Positions 27,635 through 34,798 of a stretch of DNA of 34,798 bases are shown in pieces. A model generated the notes under the pieces. The model had not been told where the DNA came from. It saw nothing but the letters and a program-made list of their open reading frames with translations, and did no database searches. Location of the stretch: the NCBI GenBank assembly GCA_002497985.1, contig DAFQ01000009.1, forward strand, positions 1 to 34,798. The letters run 5' to 3'. Position numbers and translations under genes: made by a program. Source of the stretch: Euryarchaeota archaeon UBA4 (GTDB lineage Archaea > Thermoplasmatota > Poseidoniia > Poseidoniales > Thalassarchaeaceae). How positions within the stretch are numbered: position 1 is the stretch's first letter; each line of letters starts with the position of its first letter.

Positions 27635-28561
27635 CTAAGACTCTCGCAATCCAGCATCGACTAGAGCCCTAACTAGCACTTCGCCAATCTCCGACGGGTC
27701 TCTCGCTACGTAGATGCCAGCAGCCTCGAATGCAGAGAACTTCTCTGCAGCAGTACCTTTCCCGCCGGAAATTATTGCACCTGCGTGACCCATCCTCTTC
27801 CCAGGGGGGGCCGTTGAGCCTGCAACGAAGCCAACAACCGGCTTCGTCATGTTGGACTCCACCCATTCAGCAGCTTCTTCCTCCGCGGAACCGCCTATCT
27901 CCCCAATCATAACTACAGCAACAGTCTCAGGGTCACTCTCGAATGCAGACAGGCAATCGATGAAGCCAGTGCCATTGACGGGGTCCCCGCCAATTCCAAC
28001 ACAGGTTGTCTGACCCTCGTCAACGCTCATCGTCTGAGCGACTGCCTCGTATGTCAGAGTGCCGGATTTGGATACAATCCCAATACGCCCCTTTTCGTGG
28101 ATAAATGCAGGCATAATTCCAACTTTGCATCCACCATCATCACCGGGTGAGATGATGCCAGGGCAGTTCGGCCCGATTAGCCTAACATCTGGACACGAGT
28201 CTACAATGGCGACAGCCCTGACCATGTCCAGAGTCGGGATTCCTTCTGTGATGCATACTATCAAACCCCCTCCTGCCGCCTGGAAAGATTCCGCGGCATC
28301 AACAATCGCTCCAGAAGCGAATCTTGCAGGTACGTAAATCACACTAACACCCGCACCAGTCTCGGAAATGGCCTCTGACATTGAATTGAAAACAGGGACT
28401 TCCCTACCTTCCAGATCCGCGGTCTGCCCCCCCTTTCCAGGGGTGACTCCTCCAACAACGTTGGTGTTGTAGCGGGCCATCCTAATTCCGTGAAATGTTC
28501 CTTGGCGGCCTGTGATTCCTTGGATCAGTATCTTGCTATCATCATTAATCCAAATCGCCAT
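27635..28561 (-). CDS. sucD: Succinyl-CoA synthetase alpha subunit
   Basis: [42 protein letters not shown], phospho-His MGHAGA. Confidence 0.97.
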   Translation of the reverse strand: MAIWINDDSKILIQGITGRQGTFHGIRMARYNTNVVGGVTPGKGGQTADLEGREVPVFNSMSEAISETGAGVSVIYVPARFASGAIVDAAESFQAAGGGLIVCITEGIPTLDMVRAVAIVDSCPDVRLIGPNCPGIISPGDDGGCKVGIMPAFIHEKGRIGIVSKSGTLTYEAVAQTMSVDEGQTTCVGIGGDPVNGTGFIDCLSAFESDPETVAVVMIGEIGGSAEEEAAEWVESNMTKPVVGFVAGSTAPPGKRMGHAGAIISGGKGTAAEKFSAFEAAGIYVARDPSEIGEVLVRALVDAGLRES

Positions 28562-29769
28562 CAGTTCCCACCTCCTATGAGTTCCACAATCTTCCGTGCA
28601 CCTTCGGAAAGTGTGCTGGTGGTGTGAACAGACATTCCACTGTTGTCCAGTACTGCCTTCCCTTCCACGTGATTAGTTCCAGAGAACCTCACTACCAATG
28701 GGACGTCTAGGCCTATTTCTTCGGAAGCTTCGATTACGCTTCTTGCTACCATATCACACCGGATGATGCCCCCGAAGATATTCACTAGGATTCCCTCCAC
28801 ACTGGAGTCCTCAAGAATGATCTCGAAAGCCGCGGTAATCGACTCCTTTGTGGCCCCTCCTCCAATGTCGAGGAAGTTTGCTGGCTCGCCCCCATAGAGC
28901 TTGATGACATCCATGGAAGCCATGGCCAGCCCAGCTCCATTGACTAGACATCCTATGTTCCCATCAAGCTTCACGTAGGAAAGGCCCAGCTCGTGAGCCC
29001 TGATTTCGACCTCCTCCTCTTCAGAGAGGTCCCTCAAACCGTCCCTCCATGGGTGTCTGAAGTCTGCGTTATCATCGAAGCTGACCTTCGCATCCAATGC
29101 CACCATGCTTCCATCCTCTGTCTTGACAAGTGGGTTAATCTCGATCATCGAACAGTCTTTCTCCATGAACAGTTCATACAGGGACCCCAGCATTTCCACC
29201 ATTTCATCCGAGGACCCTCCAGACAGGCCCAATGAGGCAGCGAGCGATTCAGCATCCCCCTTTCTCAGGCCGTCCATTGGGTGTGCCCATATCTTGTGAA
29301 TTGCATCCGGGGTCTTCTCGGCGACCTCTTCTATGTCCATGCCCCCTTCAGTGGAGGCCATGAATAGTACTGACTTTGTATCCCTGTCTACAAGGATGGC
29401 AAGATAGTACTCGTGCTCTATCGAACAGCCGGATTCGACGTACATGTTACTGACAATCTTCCCCTCGGGCCCTGTTTGCTTGGTCACAAGGAGGTTTCCA
29501 GAGATGTTCTTAGCGTACTCTTCAACATCCTCTCTGGAGAAAGCGATCTTCACTCCTCCCTTCATCACCTCTTCTCCCGAAGAAGGGTCGAACAAGGTTC
29601 CCTTGCCCCTCCCTCCTGCATGGATCTGGCTCTTCACGGCGACCACCGCGGAACCTAGTGAGTCGTAGGCCGATAGCGCCTCACCTACGCTTGTACAGTG
29701 CACTCCGTCTTGCACCTTTATGCCAGACTCTCGGAACATTGCCTTTGCTTGATACTCGTGGATGTTCAT
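28561..29769 (-). CDS. sucC: Succinyl-CoA synthetase beta subunit
   Basis: True start MNIHEYQAK at 29769; [40 protein letters not shown]; stop overlaps the sucD start. Confidence 0.97.
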   Translation of the reverse strand: MNIHEYQAKAMFRESGIKVQDGVHCTSVGEALSAYDSLGSAVVAVKSQIHAGGRGKGTLFDPSSGEEVMKGGVKIAFSREDVEEYAKNISGNLLVTKQTGPEGKIVSNMYVESGCSIEHEYYLAILVDRDTKSVLFMASTEGGMDIEEVAEKTPDAIHKIWAHPMDGLRKGDAESLAASLGLSGGSSDEMVEMLGSLYELFMEKDCSMIEINPLVKTEDGSMVALDAKVSFDDNADFRHPWRDGLRDLSEEEEVEIRAHELGLSYVKLDGNIGCLVNGAGLAMASMDVIKLYGGEPANFLDIGGGATKESITAAFEIILEDSSVEGILVNIFGGIIRCDMVARSVIEASEEIGLDVPLVVRFSGTNHVEGKAVLDNSGMSVHTTSTLSEGARKIVELIGGGN

Positions 29770-29873
29770 GATATCGTCCCGTCCACTGGCAACCCGTCTT
29801 TGAAGAATGCGCAAGAGCTCCATGCCTAACTTGGACGCGAAGCGCTCAAACCAACCTACTGTCACGCCCATCC

Positions 29874-30833
29874 ATGGACGTGCTCGTGCTGGCCGGCGGT
29901 TTTGGTACCAGACTCCGCCCTTGGACCTCGGGCAGAGCGAAACCACTCCTCCCCCTTCTCGACAAGACCCTGCTGGAACGCGTCGTTGAGTGCGTCCCCT
30001 CGGGAATGGTCGACAGAGTGGTGGTAGCCGCTGGGTACGGAATCGACGAAATGAGGGATTTCTCCTCATCAGGAGGGGCGGAATATGAGATCGTACTTTC
30101 TGTCGAGGAAGAGGCCCTCGGAACTGGGGGAGCAGTAGCAAACGCAAGAAATCACCTAACTGGAAGTGGCCCCGTCCTCGTATTGAACGGGGACCTGGTC
30201 TCCAGTGTGGATGTCGAGTCGCTAATCGACCATCACAATATGAAATCCGCTTCGGCAACCCTCTCGCTCTGGAAGGTCGAGGATCCCAGTAGGTTCGGGG
30301 TTTGTGATTTGGACCAGGGGGGAATGATCAGGAGGTTCCAGGAGAAGCCAGAGCCCGGTACTGAGTTCTCGAACTTGATCAACGCGGGATGCTCAGTCAT
30401 CAGCAGGGAGACTCTCGATTCCCTGCCAAGTGGGTCATACAGCATGGAGAGAGAAGTTTTCCCAGAAATTGCTGAATCAGGCGGAATGGCCGGGCTGGAA
30501 TTCTCGGGATACTTTGTGGATGCAGGTACTCCTGAATCATTCATTGAGGCAGCCCAGGTGTGCATCCAGAACGATCGATTCTCAAGCGGCCACATAGAAG
30601 GCGACTCTTGGCTCGGCCCTGGCTCTAAATGCGAGGGGGAGATATCTGGATGCTCGATAGGCCCCGGAGCAGTGATTTCAAGTGGCGCCAGACTGACTGA
30701 CTGCGTGGTATTGGGGGGTTCCATGGTGGGGCAAGACGCCATACTAAATCGGTGCCTAGTGGGAGAGGGGTCATCCGTTTCTCCCGAGTCCACGTTAGAT
30801 GGCAGGATAATCGGCCATGGCGAATCAGAATAG
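29874..30833 (+). CDS. NDP-sugar pyrophosphorylase (mannose-1-phosphate guanylyltransferase-like) with C-terminal beta-helix
   Basis: LAGGFGTRLRP..KPLLP, LGTGGA, NGD, FQEKP, DAGTP, and a hexapeptide-like tail. Confidence 0.9.
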   Translation: MDVLVLAGGFGTRLRPWTSGRAKPLLPLLDKTLLERVVECVPSGMVDRVVVAAGYGIDEMRDFSSSGGAEYEIVLSVEEEALGTGGAVANARNHLTGSGPVLVLNGDLVSSVDVESLIDHHNMKSASATLSLWKVEDPSRFGVCDLDQGGMIRRFQEKPEPGTEFSNLINAGCSVISRETLDSLPSGSYSMEREVFPEIAESGGMAGLEFSGYFVDAGTPESFIEAAQVCIQNDRFSSGHIEGDSWLGPGSKCEGEISGCSIGPGAVISSGARLTDCVVLGGSMVGQDAILNRCLVGEGSSVSPESTLDGRIIGHGESE

Positions 30834-30870
30834 TCGGCACGGTCAAAGCACCCCTGCCTCTCGCACGTTC

Positions 30871-31533
30871 GTGAGCGACACTCTGGTGGTTGTGAACTTC
30901 AAGACTTACGAAGAGGCCCATGGCGCCTCTGCCGTAGAACTAGCCCGCCTCATGGAGGGAATAGAGACCGATGCTAGAATGGTAGCCGCCGTCTCCCCAC
31001 TCGATCTCGCACAGGTCGTTCAAGCGGCCCCGAATCTGGAAGTCTGGTGCCAGCACATGGACCCCATCGGATTTGGTTCCAATACTGGTTGGATAAACCC
31101 CGAGACCGCCATACAGTGGGGGGCCTCGGGAACTCTGATCAACCACGCCGAGCACAAGGTCAGCCTAGAGCACGTCGCAATGCTGCTGGATCAGGTTCCT
31201 GAGGGATTCCAAGTGTGCGCATGCGCAGCCGACACCGATGAGGCCAGGGCGCTGGCTGCCCTAGTCCCCACTTACGTGGCCGTGGAGCCGCCCGAATTGA
31301 TCGGGGGCGATGTATCGGTCACAAGCGCCGATCCAGGGGTGGTCTCCAGCACGGCAGAAGCAGTGAAGGAGACGAACGGCGACGTCGGAGTTCTTTGTGG
31401 CGCAGGGGTGAAGACCGGAGCAGATGTGGCGATGGCAGTGGAGCTTGGAACCTCGGGCGTGCTTCTGGCTAGTGGGGTGACAAAGTCATCCGACCAGGCC
31501 GCGGCTCTCACGAATCTAGTGTCGCTTCTTTAG
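30871..31533 (+). CDS. tpiA: Triosephosphate isomerase, archaeal type
   Basis: VNFKTY, NHAEH, AVEPPELIG, LCGAGV, GVLLASGV; GTG start at 30871. Confidence 0.95.
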   Translation: MSDTLVVVNFKTYEEAHGASAVELARLMEGIETDARMVAAVSPLDLAQVVQAAPNLEVWCQHMDPIGFGSNTGWINPETAIQWGASGTLINHAEHKVSLEHVAMLLDQVPEGFQVCACAADTDEARALAALVPTYVAVEPPELIGGDVSVTSADPGVVSSTAEAVKETNGDVGVLCGAGVKTGADVAMAVELGTSGVLLASGVTKSSDQAAALTNLVSLL

Positions 31534-32482
31534 GGTCCTTGAACGTGGTAACTAGGTGGAGAAGTAGTATGATGGCCACTGCGGCCACGCCGCGATTCCA
31601 ATCAACCAGGGACGTTAAAAGAATCACGCCGATGTAGAGGGCGGCCAGAACGGCAAGCAGAATCATGTGGATTACCGGAGCTCCATTCAATCTAGGGTCA
31701 AGAAAGTCATAGAAGTAGAATCCCCCCTCCCTCATAGCGAAAAATGCTGAGAACGTCACATATATGGCCCCGAAAATAACCGGGAAGGAAATGTGGGATA
31801 GTCCGATTGTTATGTCCGTAACGAGCAACTCGGCACCGAGAATTATCACGTTACCATTGTGCATTATCTGGTTGTCCCATAGGAAGTAGTGACTGATGTT
31901 GTCCCCCCTTTCATTGGATTCGGGAATTAGTATGAAAGTCACAGTCGCGGAAACCAGAAGCGCGGACGCGCAAGAAGCAGCTAGGGCCGCGGGGCACGCG
32001 ACGAGAAGGATGTCTGGGACGTTAGTCCCAAGAATGTGCGACCACGTCACGAATGCCGCTATGGAGAAGTATATCCCCAGGAGGCCGAAACTCCACATCG
32101 TGTATGCAGCCAGGCGGCTCGTGCCGAGTAATCTCCTCGGCCCGTAGATCTTGGTTTCGTAGTCTAGAACGTTGTAGTTGAGGCCCTCCTTGTTGGAGGC
32201 GATTGCCGAGAGCGTGAACACCGACGCCATTGCTGCAATGGTCCTGAACATGGCTAGGGTGGTGCTGGGTATGACCTGGGAGCCTGAGGCCTCAGAAATG
32301 GAGGCCGCCGAATGCCCCGGTCCGATCACCGCCCAGATGAGGGATATCCCTGCCACGAAGGCCACAAGGGACAGGGTAGCGGCAGTGCGGTCACTTTCGG
32401 AGTACTCCCTTATCCCGACCACATTAGTTCCAATAAAGCACCAACTATCAAGCCTGTCACGGATTGATCGTTTTTCAGGCAC
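31508..32482 (-). CDS. Polytopic membrane protein, possibly FAR-17a/AIG1/rolling-stone-like
   Basis: About 8-9 hydrophobic segments; YTMW, MHNGN...E and FYFYDFLD resemble that family's Thr/His and YxFL motifs. Confidence 0.55.
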   Translation of the reverse strand: MPEKRSIRDRLDSWCFIGTNVVGIREYSESDRTAATLSLVAFVAGISLIWAVIGPGHSAASISEASGSQVIPSTTLAMFRTIAAMASVFTLSAIASNKEGLNYNVLDYETKIYGPRRLLGTSRLAAYTMWSFGLLGIYFSIAAFVTWSHILGTNVPDILLVACPAALAASCASALLVSATVTFILIPESNERGDNISHYFLWDNQIMHNGNVIILGAELLVTDITIGLSHISFPVIFGAIYVTFSAFFAMREGGFYFYDFLDPRLNGAPVIHMILLAVLAALYIGVILLTSLVDWNRGVAAVAIILLLHLVTTFKDPKEATLDS

Positions 32483-32488
32483 TCGGGA

Positions 32489-34798
32489 CTAGTGTCTCCT
32501 CGATCTGCTGGCAGCCAATGAAATGGCTACAATAGCTGGAAGGAATGCAAATCCGGGTACGGAACCGCCCGAGTCGTCAGTCGCCTCTGCGATACAGGAG
32601 GCCTGCCCTTTCTCAGGCTGCGTCTCTCCGGAAGGACAGGGCTGCTGGAAGAAGGCACCAGGCTCGGGAACGAAGTGGTTGGCTCCTGCGACTATGCAGT
32701 ACGTGGCCTTGGCCAGATGCTGGTAGGTACCGGCCTCGCAGGGTGTCTGGGAGGACGAGCCCTCTGCCTCAACGTAGTGTCCCTTCTGGGCGTCGACGCA
32801 CTCGGTTTGCCCGGTAGAAGGCTGGTAGGTACCCGCCTCGCAGGGGTATTGGCTCAGAGAGCCGATCAGCGATACAATGTACCCAGCTCCGGCCTCTAGA
32901 CATTCGGACTGCCCGGTAGAAGGCTGGTAGGTCCCGACCTCGCAGTATTCGAAGTCCAAGGAACCCTCATCCGCCACGAAGGCACCTCCAGTGGCTTCGA
33001 TGCACGACGCCCTGCCTGGCTCTGGTTGGTAAGTCCCTGGAGAGCAAATCGTCTGGGAAGTAGCAGCCGGGCCCTCAGCGGAGTGACCAGCTTCTGCCTC
33101 GATGCACGATTCCTGCCCTGGTTCCGATTGATATGTCCCAGGGACACACTCCCTTTGGACCTCTGATCCTGTTCCATCAGCATAGTTCCCTGGTTCGGCA
33201 ACCAAGCACGAGTCGGAACCCGAATCTGGCTGATATTGCCCCTCGCCACACTCGGTCTGAATCGATGAGCCCTCCGTGTCCACGAAGCTCCCGGGGTCAG
33301 CCGATAGGCACACAATGGACCCCGACTCGGGCTGGTACTGGCCTGTGGGGCACGGTACTTCGTCGCCAGTGCCCTCGGAGGGGGCGTGGTGTCCTGGATT
33401 CGTGTCCGTGCACTCGGTGGCGCCGTTGGAGGGTTGGAAGGTCCCTGCAGGACATGCCTCCTCTGATGTCGCACCGTCCGTGTCTACGTAGTGGCCGGGG
33501 CTCGAGTCGATGCATTCGCTCTGGCCCTGCGATGCCTGGAACTGGGGCATCGAGCAGGGAGTCTGGGAAGTCGATCCAGACTCGCTCGCGTAGTGGCCTG
33601 GCTCCGCTACCTTGCACTCGCCGAGGCCCAACTCGTCCGAGTAAGTACCGGGCTCGCAGGGCGTCTGTGCTACAGACCCATTGCCGGGCGCGTAGTGCCC
33701 TGCGAAAGCGAGTGAGCACGATGACGCGGCTAGGTTGGCCGAGTAAGTACCCGGTGCGCACTCAGTCTGTGTGGTAGAGCCCACGCTACCGACATAGTTG
33801 CCGGGATCCGCAGCGAGGCAATCAGACTGGTTTGCAAGTGGCTGGTAGTACCCAGTCCCGCACATCATCTGCGCGGTGCCCTCAACGTTTGTCTCGTGCC
33901 CCATGTCCGCCCCAAAGCACGATGTCTGCCCGGAATCGGGCTGGTAGTAGCCTGGTTCGCATGATTCCTGAGATGTCGCGGTGCTTCCCGAGACATAGTG
34001 CCCCGGACTCGCCTCAATGCAGAACCCCTGTCCCGCCAGTGGCTGGAACTCGCCAGGTTGGCACTCCCAGTCCGACTCTGAGAACTCCGGCGAGTAGTGC
34101 CCCGCCTCGCTGACTCCCGTGCAGGAGCCGTCGATTACGTAGTGTCCCGCCGGGCATCCCCATGGCAGCTCGTCAAGCATCCCCAGAATGCCATCTCCGT
34201 CTGGGTCCCTGTCGCCTAACATCGCTGTTCCGTCAGTCCCAGCTTCGACCCATATCTCAGCGGGGAAAGATGAGAATCCATTGCCGCCGTTGCCCAGCCC
34301 GCCGTAGTTGTCGGAGCCCCAGCAGAAGACGCCACCAGTCGTGTTAATCGCACAGGTTGACTGGACCTCGGCCATCCATCCTGTTGAGTTCCATCTGGAG
34401 TGGTCGCCATACCACGAGCCCCCCGCGGCTATTGCGACGAACTCATGCCCGCCGACTACTGGCGTGATGTCCTCGTAGTACGTCGAGTTCCCAAGTCCGA
34501 GCTGCCCGTTGCCGTTCATCCCGCCGCACCATGCCTCGAAGTTGTCGAGTATGGCGCATCCGTGCTCGGGCCCCTGGCTGAAGGAGATCACCGAGCGGTT
34601 CACGTCCGGCCCAAGATCGGGATTCAGGGTGGGTGAGGAGTTCCAACGCTCGTCATCATTGCCAAACCCCCAGAAGGCGACGTTCCCGTCCTCGAGAACC
34701 GCCGTGTGCCCCGAGAATCCCGAATCAATCGCCAATACGCCAGTGCCGTTCGGCATGGGGACGTGTATGGGTTCCAGCTGTAACGCGAAGTCGACGTC
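32489..34798 (-). CDS. Large cell-surface protein: RCC1-like repeats, Cys-containing 34-aa repeats and PGF-CTERM-like anchor (5' truncated)
   Basis: Frame is open to the window edge. HGCAILDN..WCGG.NGNGQLG and TCAINTTGGVFCWGSDNYGGLG are RCC1-like; C-terminus is VPGF, a hydrophobic helix, then RSRRH. Confidence 0.85.
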   Translation of the reverse strand, partial: DVDFALQLEPIHVPMPNGTGVLAIDSGFSGHTAVLEDGNVAFWGFGNDDERWNSSPTLNPDLGPDVNRSVISFSQGPEHGCAILDNFEAWCGGMNGNGQLGLGNSTYYEDITPVVGGHEFVAIAAGGSWYGDHSRWNSTGWMAEVQSTCAINTTGGVFCWGSDNYGGLGNGGNGFSSFPAEIWVEAGTDGTAMLGDRDPDGDGILGMLDELPWGCPAGHYVIDGSCTGVSEAGHYSPEFSESDWECQPGEFQPLAGQGFCIEASPGHYVSGSTATSQESCEPGYYQPDSGQTSCFGADMGHETNVEGTAQMMCGTGYYQPLANQSDCLAADPGNYVGSVGSTTQTECAPGTYSANLAASSCSLAFAGHYAPGNGSVAQTPCEPGTYSDELGLGECKVAEPGHYASESGSTSQTPCSMPQFQASQGQSECIDSSPGHYVDTDGATSEEACPAGTFQPSNGATECTDTNPGHHAPSEGTGDEVPCPTGQYQPESGSIVCLSADPGSFVDTEGSSIQTECGEGQYQPDSGSDSCLVAEPGNYADGTGSEVQRECVPGTYQSEPGQESCIEAEAGHSAEGPAATSQTICSPGTYQPEPGRASCIEATGGAFVADEGSLDFEYCEVGTYQPSTGQSECLEAGAGYIVSLIGSLSQYPCEAGTYQPSTGQTECVDAQKGHYVEAEGSSSQTPCEAGTYQHLAKATYCIVAGANHFVPEPGAFFQQPCPSGETQPEKGQASCIAEATDDSGGSVPGFAFLPAIVAISLAASRSRRH
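32594..34063 (-). repeat. Coding tandem repeat with ~102-bp/34-aa period: 14 full units and 1 partial
   Basis: Consensus CxxGxYQPxxGQxxCxxAxxGHYxxxxGSxxQxx. An identical 23-mer occurs at 32808-32830 and 32910-32932, 102 bp apart. Confidence 0.92.

Noticed and set aside
29770-30258. 162-aa N-terminal extension of sucC in the ORF track (565 aa)
   Set aside because: It lies antisense to the NDP-sugar pyrophosphorylase, and the canonical SucC start MNIHEYQAK is at 29769.
32594-34063. Regularly spaced repeats as a CRISPR array or DGR template/variable pair
   Set aside because: The 102-bp period is coding and degenerate at the DNA level; no cas or reverse transcriptase gene is in the window.
32523-34646. 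Multiple overlapping 60-214 aa alternative ORFs
   Set aside because: Arg/Pro/Ser-rich shadow frames of a GC-rich repetitive gene, with no recognisable motifs.

Overview
Gene-dense archaeal chromosomal window with 32 supported CDS, two of them cut by the window edges. I found no rRNA, tRNA, CRISPR array, integrase or transposase. Archaeal markers are ABCE1/RLI, CTP-dependent riboflavin kinase, archaeal-type TPI, NMN adenylyltransferase, a DRG GTPase, a PGF-CTERM-like tail and GGAGGTGA-type RBSs. With GrpE, TCA enzymes, a Rieske oxygenase and acidic secreted hydrolases, these suggest an aerobic heterotrophic Thermoplasmatota archaeon, most likely Marine Group II/Poseidoniales (inference, not searched). 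Most notable: (1) an ABCE1 whose Fe-S domain keeps only 4 of 8 canonical Cys and gains a new CxxxC; (2) an apparently circularly permuted glycerophosphodiester phosphodiesterase with HRG at the C-terminus; (3) an ABC permease and an MFS transporter, each with a large acidic insert carrying DxDxDG/TSP3-like motifs; (4) a possible phospholipid/choline scavenging set (lipoprotein lipase-like, PAE-like esterase, choline-monooxygenase-like Rieske, GDPD plus MFS); (5) two different tandem squalene/phytoene synthases; (6) a surface protein with RCC1-like repeats and about 15 Cys-containing 34-aa repeats. All calls come from motif recognition by eye; no database search was run.
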